The notes: generated from the sequence alone by a model not told the origin. A stretch of DNA of 64,000 nt from Mytilus edulis (GCF_963676685.1 NC_092344.1:4092001-4156000), one strand, 5' to 3'. Shown: positions 1 to 14,085, counted from the stretch's first letter. Numbers and translations are program-made.

Positions 1-294
1 ACAAAACTAACAGCAAATAATTCAGACTTGACAAAATCCATATTGCCATATCAAACATGTGAACAATATAATTTGAAAAAAGTGACTCTTAGTTTTCTAT
101 TAAAAAAATCAGTACGAATTTTCTTAGTTACCCAGTTAATACTTTTTAAATTTTTTTCCACGATGAATTCATGAATATTTTAAACTTTTCCGATATCATG
201 GTTATATATTACCTGTAAAATGGCGCAAATGTATATTTTAAATTTTTTTTAAGCTAATGAAGAACTGGATGTTTGTTCAAATTGGCAAAAAGCA

Positions 295-1185
295 ATGAGA
301 TCCGGACAATGCAAATTATGCACCATCCAAATATGTAAGTGCTTTGAATTTGATTTAACGTACAACTTAGAAAATTGTACTGTTTCTTCGACAAGAATGT
401 CGTGGAGAAAACTTCATATCAGAAATCTAAGAGTTGCATGCGAACGCCTTCGTGAGTGTGTAATAAAATTCAAGCATCGAAAATTCGATTTGTGCAACAG
501 GGAAGTAAGTTTCACATGTAAGACGGTCAACCAGAAAGGCATGACAACCGGTGACTAGTAGGTCGAAGTGATACAAAAATAGATAACAGCTCTCTCAATA
601 ACATCGCAATTTTGTTTTAGGATATTCTAAAAATAGCTAATCCACAAACAAGATATCAAAAGAGAGAAAACTTTCAGATTGGAGAACAATTAATAGAAGG
701 CAAGAGTGCGTTACAAACCACACCAGTGACCACGTTTCCAAATTCAACTGACCAGTTCATTTTGGATACGGATGTTTATGGCCATACAAGCAGAGTTGTT
801 GCAAGTGCCAAATGGTATTGAAAATGTGTTGGCCTAAAGGACATTCACTTATTTCACTCGCGCAGCGTAGTTATTGCAAAAAGCAGACAGAATTGTTGGC
901 AGAAATTTGATTCAACTATTCTATAAGGCCGTGAATTTATTATATAATTAGAATAATTGATAATGGAATTTGGGCATATGTCAAAGAGACAACAATTCGA
1001 CCAAAGAGGAGATAACAGCCGAATGCCATAAATGGTTCTTAAACGCAGCGAGTTTACATTGGCTTGCACATTTTTAAGAAGAACCGAAGACGCTATCGGT
1101 TGACTAGAGGTTTTATGCCAATACCATATGAAATTCTAACATCTCACAGGAAGACATGTTAGTACAGATGCTTTGTCTTGGCTCA
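295..1185 (+). mobile_element. Highly degraded Ty3/Gypsy pol remnant (end of RT and RNase H)
   Basis: HIRNLRVACERLRE..KFK..K..L...EV.F resembles the Gypsy RT C-terminus. ILDTD at ~759 is the RNase H start. A (W)LEVL..Y...I.H..G.H...DALS-like motif lies at ~1095-1180. Many stops and frameshifts. Confidence 0.65.
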
Positions 1186-1679
1186 GTTGGCTGAATGCTG
1201 AAAAAAAAACTTTTTGTGTATCCATAATCTCCATCGGGCGGTAGATTGAAGTATTATGTCCATGAAAGGTCGAAGGAATTCATAACAATTGCAATTAATT
1301 AAAACCGTTGACAAATCATACTTAATCGTGTTCATTTCGACAATAAAATATGATCCTTTAGTTCAGGATTTTTTATGGCTTATGTATTATTAATCTTTGA
1401 CATTAATACATTTAATTATGTCCCAGGTCAGTCATAAACTTATAGTAGGTATTTAGTTATTTCGTGACGACAATGACCAGGTGGATACTATCATTAACTC
1501 TGTAGACAGCGCATCTGTACTTAATGAACTGTAACGGTTTTTTTTCTCTAAAATTCACCGTTGATGATTTAAGAAATAAAAAAGGCCCTATCTGCGTCTG
1601 GTTAAATTGACCTTTGATCAAATGAGTTATTTTTAGGTTTCTATTGGTCATAATTCTTTTGTTTGTTGTTCTAAAAAAT

Positions 1680-2650
1680 TACCTAAAAGAGTTTGAGCAC
1701 ATATATATATATATTTATTCGCATTCTGATTTTTAAATGCCGATTTAATCAGCTATGTGAATTTTGTCTTAATAAGAATATGAGGCAAAGTGGTATATAG
1801 GGTAGAAAAATCAAACCTTTGATCAGATTCAAAATCACAAATATATGCATGCAATTTATCAAGTACTTTCAAAGAATTTTTGACACTATCAAAGAAATTA
1901 ATTCCACTATTTTCAAAAACCTTATTTGAACATTTTATTATCAATGTTTTAATTGTACCATGCGTGCTAGTAAGTAGAATATACAGTTTAGTAGTGGAAC
2001 AATGGCGTAAAGACGAAATAAATCTATATTTGTAAGGTGTTCTGTGCAGTTTTGAAAGCCAGTACATAGTTGAAACTTTCATTGTATATGGTTCTACTTG
2101 TGAAGGGGTTTCTTAAGGTTTATGCTTGTTACAGATGTCAATTTCCGAAAATCGAGTTGGTTGGAATGTTGGTGACTTGGTGTTTTCCTTTTGCAGAACA
2201 TCAATGTAAAATTTACGTCAAAGAAGAATGATATTATTAGCAGCTTTATCGGCTGGGACAAAACAAAAGTCTTGGCGAGTTCTTTTGGTTTATATTTGAA
2301 ACGAGAAATAAGGTTAGTATGGCTGTTGTTAGGAGTAAAATAGTCTTTAAAATGATGCATACGTATATCAATTATGTAATATTACAGAATTAAAAAAGAG
2401 TCCAAAGATTTTTGTCACCTTTTTCTCGTTTTATCAATTGCAAGCAGTAAGTACGGAGTGAGTCGTGGATGATATAACGACACTTATTCCAATTGATAAT
2501 TGACGGGGGACATTTACTGAGGAATGATTTCAACTCTCGAACACGAACAATGTAAAGGTTTCCTGTTATAACATGGGAACTGGGGCCATAAATGTATTCG
2601 GAATGACTGCAGTTACATGACGTAGGTGTATTGTCATGTGACCAGGTGGA
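1680..2650 (-). mobile_element. Penelope-like element RT fragment (N-terminal RT region), degraded
   Basis: MYWLSKLHRTPYKYRFI..CSTTKL..LLT and FDFSTLYTTLPH (PLE RT motif A) in ORF 1753-2082. Upstream C.C..S.Y.YGP..HVITGNL segment in ORF 2390-2746. Confidence 0.8.
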
Positions 2651-3168
2651 ATAAGGCTCAGATAAATTGAATGCAGAACGTTCATATATTTTAATAAATA
2701 TAACATAGAAGGCAACGACAGATCTGAAATAAACAGATAATGACAAATAAATACAACTTTACATATAAATGCATATGAATATATCTTTTTGTAGCAACTA
2801 ATGTATATTATGTTTAATTACACAATTGCAAATAATTCTAATATGACGTCCTTATTAAGCTTTGTAAACAAAGCCGTGTTCTAATGAGCACAAAATATGT
2901 TTGTCACATGCGCACGAACTTACTGTTTATATTAACGTTATTTACATCGTTATTCTTTACAATATATACATTTAAGCAGCTAACATAAACTTTTATTATA
3001 TATTTTTATGAAACAACATACATTTACCCTGCTCGTAGTTTTTAGACTTATTAAATATGAAGTGCAATGAACAGACTCCTCGAGGAGGAAACGGGGACAG
3101 CCAAACATTTTTACGGTTATTTCGTACGCTTCGACCTATAAAACTACTGTATTTGTCCTATTAGAATC

Positions 3169-3330
3169 GAAATAATTCCTTCATGTCATGCCCTTTGCTC
3201 ATTTTAACATGGGTATGCATTATATTTGACCACATTTTACACCTCGCTAACGCTCAGTGTAAAATATCGACAAATATAATGCCTACCCATGTTAAAAAGA
3301 GCATAGAGCATGACATGAAGGAATTATTTC
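3169..3330. repeat. 162-bp near-perfect palindrome (foldback non-autonomous element)
   Basis: gaaataattccttcatgtcatg... pairs with ...catgacatgaaggaattatttc. Arms of about 74 bp surround the loop ctcgctaacgctca. Confidence 0.85.
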
Positions 3331-3989
3331 TTAAATAATAATGCAAAATACAGTTAAATGAACACTCTGAATGTAAACAATTTGTTAATCAATGCTAATG
3401 AAAACTGTTCACTAAAGTAAGTTGACTATATAAAATACTATACGACATTGAAAGTTAATTACAGGTAAATAAGAAAATATAAAGTTTGAAATGCAATTAG
3501 CAAAGTAAATGAAACTAAATAAAATATTAAAGTCAAAAACATTTAACCATAAACTAATTTGAAAAACCCTTAATTGTAAATACCTGATAATGCTGGCTAC
3601 GGCTCTTAGTGTTGTTTCTGGTGTTTCTTATTCTGCATTGACAATAAAGTTAAAAAGTACAATATATATAGTCAAAAGGTGAACTGTTAACTAGATAGAA
3701 CCAGATAAAACAACTGTTAAGTAAAGTGTCCAATAGCCCAAAAAGAGTATTTTGGATTCATTGAACCATATAATACAAAATATGTTCAAAATAGTAAGAT
3801 CATTATAGTAAAGGGTAAAATAGATATAAACTAAGTACAAAGTTGGGAATAATATCAAATAGATAATATGTATATAGATGAAATTGTGCACAGTCACTTA
3901 TATTCACATTTTTACACTTTTGGCTATACCTTAACAAATATAACCGGGTATATATTTTGTTAACATAACAAAAGAGAGGGAGTTGTGTA

Positions 3990-4170
3990 GTATGACGTCC
4001 ATTATCACTTTAATTTTAACTAGTATACATTTTAAAGGGGCCAGCTGAAGAACTCCTCCGGGTGCGGGAGTTTCTCGCTACATTGAAGACCCATTGGTGG
4101 CCTTCGGCTGTTGTCTGCTCTATGTTCAGGTTGTTGTCGCTTTGACACATTCTCCCTTTCCTTTCTCAAT
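3990..4170 (+). repeat. SINE-like interspersed repeat fragment
   Basis: GC-richer island. Related sequence occurs in reverse orientation at ~970-1050 (tgtcaaagagacaacaa...aacagccgaa..cc). Family not verified. Confidence 0.45.
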
Positions 4171-5215
4171 TTTATTATCAAAATATTCAGGAATTTGTTC
4201 TTTAACAGAACTGTTAATGATCAATATTAATACCGGCTTGTTTGAACGTTACGAAAATATCTGTATGTTGCATTTCTGTACACATAGACAATGCAATTTA
4301 CCGTAGGGACTTCTTTTAAGGCTAAAACTGTATCACTTTTATTATATAATTTTAAATATAAATCCTGGAATGGACAGCTTATTTGCACAACTATTTTTTT
4401 TCAAAGGTCAAACTATATTGTTGTGATGCACATTATCAACACGTATATGTTCCTAACTTCTAAGAGTGTTAACTCATACTTAAATAACGGACTACCCCTA
4501 CTTTAATCTTGTGTCTAACTCAGTAGTCAAGGCGGCCGCTAATAAATGTTAATTTATACAGGTGGTAACATTCTTAAGTTATATCTCTATGAGAAGATAC
4601 GTAGAGATCATATATAGGAAACCGTACGTAATCAAACTATATATGAAGAGACGTGGTTTGTGAAACAGCTGTATTTACTAAGTAAACCTGTAGCCACAGG
4701 TAACGACCATGTTGTCGTTATTAACATGTTAATTATTATATTTTCAATAAGTGAACGCAAAATATAATAAAATGCTCCGCGGAATGAAGGTTGTAAAAGA
4801 ACCGAATAGTCCAGACATAAGACAGTTATTGCCCAATACATGTATAAATTGTCTTATTTCAGTATGATAAGACCTGTACAAGTCTCTGGAACAACATATG
4901 AGAAGAAAAACAAACGGGAGTCTAAACATAAATTTAAAGTTCAAAGGGAAATAATTTTAGGCATTCTAGGGTAAATGAGTGAATGACTATATGTGAATAT
5001 TTTGGTTAACACTTAACTCGAAAACAACATGGATTTTATTTAAGATCAAAAGGGAGACTTCATGAAAATTCCTGAAAACATTTTCGAGTTAAAGTCTAAA
5101 AGTATCATTAGCAGCATAAAAAGTGATAAAACTGAAGCAGCTAGGAACCGCTCATCTTCCAATTGCATGTAAATCATCCTCGGTTTTAAATAGAATGTGA
5201 TTTGCTTTTGAATTA

Positions 5216-5545
5216 TTTTTTGTCGACTTGCGACTTTTGTCGGAAAAGCGAGACATGACGATCCTATATTTTGTCGTCGTTGTTGGCCACGGCGATGGCG
5301 TCAACAAATATGCTTGTTCTTCCATTTAACATTACATATAGTCTGCAGTTTTAGTGTTTAAAACATTTATTATTTCATAAACCATCCAGGATTTTTACCC
5401 AACTTGGGCAGAAGTTTCTTACAATCAAAAGGATAATATCTAGAGGAAAATTATTAATAATGTTTTTTCATATTTGTGTTGAGTCTGCGACTAACAGTAA
5501 AAGTAGGCGAGACACTGGGTTCCGCCAAACCTTTACGAATATTTG
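5216..5545 (+). mobile_element. Helentron-associated non-autonomous element (HINE-like)
   Basis: Starts in a T-run. Has a 5' subterminal inverted repeat/hairpin, a (gtc)n microsatellite and a 3' gcgagaca + short hairpin, ending in a T-run. Confidence 0.55.
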
Positions 5546-6823
5546 TTTTTCTAATGCCTTTTCATGATTGAAATATTCTGTCTTTTCTATTGTAATATTT
5601 ATCCTTTGTAATGAAAGCGGTCGGTGTTTTTTTAGGCATTCAGATTATATCTAATCGTAGAATTAGATAATTCACTAATGATTTATAAACAGGTGAGACC
5701 AGAAACATCTATTAAACTTTATAAAATTTAATAAAAGCAATACGCATGGTTTCAATTGTGGAACTGTTAATCTTCTTTCTAAAAGAGTTTACGTAGCTTT
5801 ATAAGTGGAGTAGCTTTGATGAATCCTTGGTTTTCTGTAAAATCTTTCTCGACAGCTTTATGTCAAAGTTTCTTTTTTTTTTGGTCATTGTTCCCTTGGT
5901 ACTTGTATTTTCCTAGCTTTGAAATATATAAGGCTCATCCACTCAGAAATAATCCAAATATTCACAAAGTATATCTATGTTACGGTGCATCTGAACATTA
6001 TTGCATGTTGTTTTCATCCAAATAGAGTGAATTATCTGAAAAGAATAAAACAGAAATATTTGTATGCCAAATATGTCATGCAATGTTGTTTTGTTTTTTA
6101 TTTAAGATGTTAAATTCAGCCTTATTTCTAATTTTGTTTTTATAATGAATGAATGTTTTACTCTTATTACGTTAAATAAGAACAGTATTAACGTGCAAAA
6201 TGTTTGTTGTATCTGACGAAGGGAGAAGAGAAAAAAGTTAAGGAAATACAAGCTTCACAAGATGTACTAGTTGTATTGCAATTATAAGACAAATGTAAGT
6301 AGTAAATGGAAATTAAGGAACCAAATATCAAGCTATACACTACTACAAAACAATGAACCGCCAGAAGTCAACGTTATTTCTTCAAAGTTAAAACACCAAC
6401 GACTTTCAGATGTGTCAAATGCATCAGGAAATGATCGCAGTTGCTACCGTCACCAACATGACACCTAATTATTTATGGAATATTAATCATCAATATGACC
6501 GTGAAGTGGGAGATAACAAATGAACAGTGGCTTGAAATTGCACTTTCTTTCAAAATAGAACGAGAAATTAATTAATTCATTGTTTCAATGACGTATGAAA
6601 ACTTCAACTATCTGAAATCAATTCCCATTTATTTTTGTTATTTGGAAAGGGCAAATGTTACCTTGTAAGGACTATTACTCTAGCAGTGAACAAACCTTTG
6701 AGTATCGATCAACATGAAGAAGATATTAATGCAATAGTTTGGGCCTTTCCTGGTTTTAAATGTACATTAAAGGTCGTTCGTTACGCTCGAGTACATTCGA
6801 AGCAAAATGAAAATTAGAATATA

Positions 6824-7052
6824 CTGTAAATTCAGAAATTATTGCGTGCATTTATTATTGCAATTTTTTAAGAATGAATAAAAACGAAAGATTAACTATT
6901 GAAATTTCAAGAAGATGTGCAAATAGACATTTGTATCATGTATTAAAATGCGAGTTATTATTGCGATTCTCTCCTAGTCGCATTATGCGCAATAATAAAA
7001 ACCCCGATAATGCGCAATAAAAAAAAAACCGCAATAATTTCAGAATTTACAG
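6824..7052. mobile_element. MITE with TA flanks (Tc1/mariner-type)
   Basis: TIR ctgtaaattcagaaattattgcg / cgcaataatttcagaatttacag, with TA on both sides. Confidence 0.8.
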
Positions 7053-7400
7053 TAGATCTCTCAAGTGAAAAAAAATATGATCAAAACTATGAAATCTATC
7101 TCTTTTGATCACCGATGAAAAAGATATCTATAATTGTCTGTAGTAGGAGCTGAGTAATGATTCAAAAACTACAGGAACCAGAGATAACAATACTTTCCTT
7201 TCACTCCAAGACAGACTAACAACCTGGCAGAATTAAAACTGTTCATTTGAAATCAAAGAGAACGCCAATGGAATGATACAGAAATTTGGAATGCACAATG
7301 CATGATGAGTCTGAGTAGGAGTCATGGTGACTAAATATGTTGACGTTTTGGTGTTTGCAGTACCAATGAGTATAACTGGCATATACAATGGATCCTTCAA

Positions 7401-7545
7401 NNNNNNNNNNNNNNNNNNNNNNNNNNNNNNNNNNNNNNNNNNNNNNNNNNNNNNNNNNNNNNNNNNNNNNNNNNNNNNNNNNNNNNNNNNNNNNNNNNNN
7501 NNNNNNNNNNNNNNNNNNNNNNNNNNNNNNNNNNNNNNNNNNNNN
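7401..7545. other. Assembly gap (N run)
   Basis: 145 N characters. Confidence 1.
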
Positions 7546-8188
7546 TAAAACTTACTTTAAAAGGTTTATTTGATATGTTGGTTTTCTGCATTACAATTTC
7601 TTTATTCATTTATACAGATCTTATTAAATTCAGGGCTGAGAATTAATAAGAGTAAAATATTTGTTTTAATGAATATTATACAGAACATATTGTGTTGACG
7701 TAAACTGACATTACAGTCGTGTTCATAGTGTTACCAGTATTATACAGAGGATTAATTATTCCAATTAAAATGATAGTAAAATCGTATTGATAATATTAAG
7801 GACAATTATACAAAGAATTAATCACATTGCTGCAATAAAGGAAAGATTAACGCATGAATACCGGTATGAAAAGGTTAAGTGGTTAATTAATAATTTTCTA
7901 TAAAGACAAATGTCATAGCTTTACTACATTCTTATGTGAACGTATTGCTAACGTCAGGCGGAAGATACCAAAGGCACTTTTGTATCATGAGTTTTGTTAA
8001 CCTTTTTGTAAAATAGATTGATATAATTATACTCAAGGGATTCATTATATTCCGTTGCTGAAACAAAGTCACATTTATAAGTTTATCTGAAACAATTTTT
8101 TTTAAATTCGCCAGATCGTATTACGTAAAAATGTTCATTTTTTTATACTATATATATATATATATTTATTTGCCCTCGGATAAGTATC

Positions 8189-8600
8189 ATATATCCCAGT
8201 GAACTTGAAATTAAGGATACAAATGATAGAAGGACTGCTTCCTATCTTGATCTTTTCCTCAATATTGACACAGATGGACGACTTCACACTGAAATATATG
8301 ACGAACGGGATGGTTTCAACTTCCGAAATATCAATTTCCCATTTCTCAGCAGTACCATACCCTCTACTCCGTCGTATGGTGTTGAAATATCTCATTTGAT
8401 ACGTTATGCTCGTGCATGTTCACACTATACGGACTTAATATAGAGGAGTGTGCTCCTAACGCAGAAACTGCTCCCAAAAAGTTATGAGGATGACAGATAA
8501 AAAATAACACTCTGTAAATTTTACTGACACCATCACAAATTGGTTGATCCATACGATGTGTCTTTGTCCAAATAATTAAGGACATTTTTACCACGTGTTA
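8189..8600 (+). mobile_element. Penelope-like element RT C-terminal/thumb fragment
   Basis: Frameshifted translation IYPSELEIKDT..ASYLDLFLNIDTDGRLHTEIYDERDGFNF..INFPFLSSTIPSTPSYGV.ISHLIRYARACS is typical of PLE RT thumb regions. Confidence 0.8.
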
Positions 8601-9019
8601 GATTGTGGTTTGTCATTTCGTCGTCTGATCTTTTAATTACCGAACGTGACTTATTCCCGATGGTGACTGTTTTGCTGAGTGTGGATTCGGGTTGCTATAA
8701 GACGTGTCACGGTATTTTTCTATCCAAAATTCTTGTATTTAGTTTTAATGTTATATTTGTTATTCTCATCGGATTTTGTCAAATGTCTTATCGTTTGTAG
8801 TTGTAAATCTTATTTTGTTCTGTTGTATTCGTGTGTTATGGGAAAGATAATTAATCACCCAGTTCATTTGTTCGATTGTAGTTTGAATCAACTAAATGTA
8901 TACGATATATTTGTTTTACAGTTTAATTCAGAAGAAACACCGACAAAGCTAGATAATACAATTAATTATCTAATTACTATCACAATTTGATATTAATTAG
9001 TTTTGTAAATTTCATTGGC

Positions 9020-9520
9020 ATTCCACAAAACCAGGTTCAACCCACCATTTGTTTCTTAAAACGTCCTGTACCAAGTCAGGAAAATGGCCATTGTTATACT
9101 ATAATCCGTTTCTGTGTGTGTTACATTTTAATGTTGTGTTTCCGTGGTGTCGTAGTTCTCTTATATTTGATGTGTTTCCCTCAGTTTAAGTTTGTAACCC
9201 GGATTTGTGTTTTTTTCTCAACCGATTTATGAATTTCGAACAGCGGTATACTTCTGTTGCCTTTATTTATTGTAATGTTATTTGTGTATTTCTCTGTGCT
9301 GAAAGCTCTTGTGTTTATTTGTACTGTAGTCATGTTGTAATTTTAGCGTTATATTTAACATTGCCATAAAAGCGCGAGGTTTGGCTAGCCGCAAAAGTAG
9401 GTTCAACCCAACAATTGTTTTTAAAATGTCCTGTACCAAGTCATGAAAAAGGTAGTTATTTTCACTCAATCGATTTATGATTTTCGAACAGTGGTATACC
9501 ACTGTTTCCTTTATTTAACT
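9020..9520 (+). repeat. Interspersed repeat with two related modules (aggttcaaccca..ctgtaccaagtca..cgatttatga.tttcgaacag.ggtata)
   Basis: Two internal copies. Reverse-complement fragments occur at ~30190-30350, ~34200-34300 and ~45540-45630. Confidence 0.6.
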
Positions 9521-9619
9521 TTTGGTTCACAATTTACAAAAAAAGCCGTATGTTATTCCGAAATAAGAAATTTATAGCGTATGCTACCATGATAATCATC
9601 AGTGTATCTTAAGTTAAAT

Positions 9620-9900
9620 GACCTGGCTTCATTGGTCTTTTTACTCTGACTCATATGCAGAGGTCGGTAAGGAGAGGTGCACAATTCGTTCACATAGGAA
9701 TGTCGACAATTTGTAGTAATTTCAGACCAATTATACTTGAATTGTTTGGTCGGTCATGTATTAACCAAGATTATCTGATGAATAATTTCATTTGTGAAGT
9801 TGTCAAGTATTCAACGATTCAGTTCACAAAAACTGTTATGAGAAAAATACTAGAACTTCATCAACATTTCAATGTTACTTATGATCATATTTAGTCGTAA
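9620..9900 (-). mobile_element. Short Penelope-like RT remnant
   Basis: Minus-strand QIVDIPM*TNCAPLLTDL matches the PLE RT motif Q..GIPMGTNCAPLLADL. Confidence 0.6.
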
Positions 9901-10831
9901 GACGTTTTTTAAAAGGAGCCACAGACTTGTCATATAATAAAAAAAAAAATTGTAGCTAATGCATAATAAGAACTATCTTCCTCTAAGACAAATCAGATAT
10001 TAAACAAAAAAGGTTTATACATATGTACATACATAATGTTATAGATGAATTTTATCTTACATGTCCATAAAGAAGCTCTACGTCTTTAGAACTTAAAAGC
10101 CGACATGCACTCAAGCTAATAAATAAAATGTGCCCCCACGCTTATAGATATTTTACAACCCGACTACGCGAAATATTGTTGTATGTAATACAAGAGTAGA
10201 AATGGAAAGATTTAATAGATTAAGCAGCTATAGAACCTTGTAGATTGTTTAGTAATTAAAAATAAGACCAAAGTCTTCCGCTGCTGTTTTAAATATTGTT
10301 TTTTTTTATTATTTCTTAGAGCATCTATACTTCTACATACATAACTCATTCAGGATTTATGGTGCATAAACGTCTTCGTCCTAGAAATATGTCAATATAT
10401 AAATCGTAATAATGCTGGAGGAAGTTATGTTTTTGAAAGGATACTGTTATCCAACTAATCAAATTCGTAATGATCTACCTATGTTTCAAGGAATGTTGAT
10501 ATTTTTTCTTCATATTTTTCATGTTGGAATTGTTCGATGAAAGAGGATAAATTTGATTTATAATTGTTTTACCACCAAGCGGTATTTGGTGAAAAGAAGA
10601 TGATGAATTCGGGTTTTTTTTGTGGGTTTGTTTTATATAAATTCACCCAAAGTCAAAATAATTAGGTTGTATCTGATTGAACGATAATGCATAGATACGT
10701 TCTCTAAACTAATTTCATATTTTCCAGTTTTATTAGTAGTTAAAATTAAAAAATCGCTGCGGTTTTTGTATCCTGAATCATCATTATACTAGAGTTCGGC
10801 CTGGTTTTTTTTTATAAATAGCTCTACTTAA

Positions 10832-11416
10832 GGGCATACTATACAGTTTTGATCCCATATAAAATTTTGATGAAAATTTGCAAATATACTATTTTTTACC
10901 TGCTTAAATCAAATATGCGATTAAAAAAAAATATCTTCATGTGCTATTTTTTTAGTAAATTGAGGTCGAAATTTCAGATATATGCTCAAAATTCAGACTG
11001 GGGATGTATTTTTCCTTCCGACAGAAATGCATAACTTTTTTTTTTAAAGACAAACACAAGCTGTTTTTTGTTATATTATAGATAATTTCTCTTTTACCTA
11101 AGTATGCTATAAATTCATGAAATTTTTGTTTAGAAATAACTAGAATTTGTCAAATGTTAATGAATGTAGAAAAAATTAAAAGTATTTTTTTGCTGTATAT
11201 TTATCAAATTTGAAAAAAATGCATACTTTTTCATGAAATAATCTTCATACGTAATCAAACCTAATGTCATTTTAAAAAAGAGGGGTCCCTGAACTCGTTT
11301 AAAAGTTTAATCAGTTTGAATGATATAAATGTCCCGATATGTCACAGTTTGACGTTGCGAAATAACATTTTACGTTAGCAACGTCATTACCTCCGATGTA
11401 ACTGTATCGTATACAC
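10832..11416. mobile_element. Kolobok-like non-autonomous element (possible solo LTDR)
   Basis: TTAA-gggcatactatacagtt ... aactgtatcgtatacac-TAAA; imperfect 17-bp TIR. Confidence 0.55.
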
Positions 11417-13147
11417 TAAATAAATGGCAGTGTTCAATAAAAATAGAAAAAAAGAAAACAAAAATAATTCACAATGTGTTTTATTAACTTCTGGGAAGTA
11501 TTGAAATTAATACACCGAAGCTGAGAAAAGAGATTATCTTATGGAAATAAATTTGCCTGTCTGCAATAAATTTAAAATAGATAATATGACATAATTGAAA
11601 AAAAATCCCTACAAATAAATTCTAAAATACTTTTTCATGTTAAATATCGGTGCGAAAATAAAAAACCAAAACAAATTATATTACTACGTTTTATGTAAAC
11701 CCAAGAGTATACGGGCCCCACACGACATGAATCGAATTGAGGTGGCTCCAATTTTTTGTATAACATTTAGTCATTCTCAAGCTTTGCACGGGAAATCTGC
11801 AAAATTCGTATTTTTTTTATTAAAACTACGTTGTTTTTTTTTTTAATGTATTCAATTTATTTTTGCAGCACGGATGGAATCTATATCGACGTGCATAGTA
11901 TACAGCTTAGACGTCGGAGCTTCCATTATTTATTTTGATTTAAGTTTCTTTCCACAAATTAAAGTTCTATCAAAGATTTGTTGGACGTTATATTATTGGG
12001 AGGTCTTTTTCTATATTTAGTACGTATGTTTATAGGTGACATGGTAATGATGTTATGATAACAAATAAATAAAAATAGGTTCTATGACTTTTGAAAAGCG
12101 GTATACTACTGTTGCCTTTATCTATCTCTGTATTAACCTTTGTCAATTGTAAGATGTTCACTGTTTGTTTTGTTATCAATTCGTTTCAGCTTTTGATTTT
12201 GTCATTTCATTAGGGAATTTCCGTTTAGAAATTTCCTCAGAGATCAGTGTTTTGGGGGATTTCACTTTTCGTGTCGAATACATATACACATAGGGCAGAT
12301 CAACATCAACCCACTTGTAGCTTTTACAAGATTGCATTGTCGGACAACACGCGGATGTAGTTGTAGGATGACCTGACCAGTTACATATGTTATGTCTGAC
12401 TAATATGAGTTTATAGAACAGTTGAAGTCTTTAATAGTAATTAACAAAGACCTTGTTTATATCTGACCCTATACGTGTGGTCTGCATCTATCTGTTAAGT
12501 CCTTCTGTGACATAGGCATTTCTGAATCTTTGCACATAAAGAGCAGCAATATAACTTGTTTACCTGCAAAATATGATTAACATATACTGTAACATCAGGA
12601 TTTCTTCTTGTATTCATCCGTCCCATATCCTTATTATAAGATATTTTATTGTGCTGGCTTGATTATTATGACCTTTATTTATGTAACTACTTTTTTGTCT
12701 ATTTTTGTCAATCTTTAATTGTCCAGTTCTTCTATCGTTTGATGTGGTAATTTTACAATAGTTGAGGTTGATGATGCCTGGTTAGAAGAAAATGTCACTG
12801 GTAATTACAGTTACAGATATTAAGCGTTTCCGTTTATTAAAAGACAAAATTCGTGATAAACTTTAATAACTGCAGCTTTCGTATCAGGATGAAAATGTAG
12901 TCCATAATTAATGACATAATGGCTTTATATTATACCTGTAAAGTTAGCATATGATAGAATAGAAATCTGCCTTTATGTGCGTTATGGAAAGTACAACTTT
13001 TCAGTTCATCAAATTACAAAATATAAACCTGGGGTTTAAGATCGCAAACCCTTTCATTAACACTTGGCAATTAGGGGGACTGATTCTTCAATAATGTACA
13101 GAACAACTTGTCATGTATGTTTGTCAAACTGATTCCATCATAAATTC

Positions 13148-13261
13148 GAATCGTACTCAAACATTACATGTGTTTGTTGATTAAAGAATCGTACTCAAAC
13201 ATTCCTCATGTTTATTGATTAAAGTATCGTACTCAAACATTCAACGTGTTTGTTGATTAAA
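13148..13261. repeat. Tandem repeat, 3 x 38 bp
   Basis: g(a/t)atcgtactcaaacatt...tgttt(g/a)ttgattaaa units start at 13148, 13186 and 13224. Confidence 0.9.
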
Positions 13262-13787
13262 TTATAGTCTGAGTTCCTGACACAATATTTGCAATATCTA
13301 AAACCGTTCTATATATATACATATGAAGTGGAGACTGCGAAATCAAAAATATCTCTCTAGGATAAAGACAATTTTTCCTGTAAGAAGTATATGTTGAGAA
13401 AAAAGTATAAATACTCATGAGAGCAACCGGGTCATTTATAATTGTATTTGAGTATAGTTGATTGAATTGACATCAAGCGATATCCAATTATCTTTTCAAT
13501 TCTATAATTATCAGTTATCAATTATAAAAAAAAACCCATCGCCATGGCTAAAATGATCTAAGGAAAGACGAACAAGTCCATAAACATAACATAGTATAAT
13601 TAGAAAAAAAACTAGACAACACGAGCCCCACCTAAAAATCGGTGGTTAACATGGGTGCTCCTGGAGGGTTAGAAGTCCAAATATATCACCCTCTGTGCTG
13701 CTCGTGCGAAATTACAGATCCGGTGATAGATCAAAACCGACGGGAAAAGGTCCAGATTGTGGGTACGACAGTTGTCATCTGTGACAC

Positions 13788-14085
13788 TGTTAGGAATCTT
13801 CAACTCCTCTGACTTTACCTGTAACTCCGTTTGAATATAATGTAATTGAACTCCGTTAATTGTTTAATGACTCCTGTAATTGTATGTTTTCTTTGTTATT
13901 AACTCATTATAAAATCGTGCATCGGAGATAACGGAGATATATTTTACAAGAACATTGATAATATTAAGGAGATGTTAACAAATAATAAAATGCTGTAACA
14001 TGATACAAATGGATTATTAAAGGATATATTATTCACTTCAGTTTGTGTTTTATTCTAATGTTAGTGTAACGAATACTTCACAACA
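13788..14085 (+). repeat. 5' LTR (298 bp)
   Basis: tgttaggaatc...cttcacaaca. Differs from the 3' LTR by 3 substitutions and 2 small indel events. Confidence 0.97.

Noticed and set aside
7324-7609. ORFs containing X runs
   Set aside because: Artefacts of the N gap.
4094-13700. Many 60-100-aa ORFs as host genes
   Set aside because: No recognisable motifs or consistent exon chain; they overlap repeats or random AT-rich DNA. Small exons cannot be excluded by eye.
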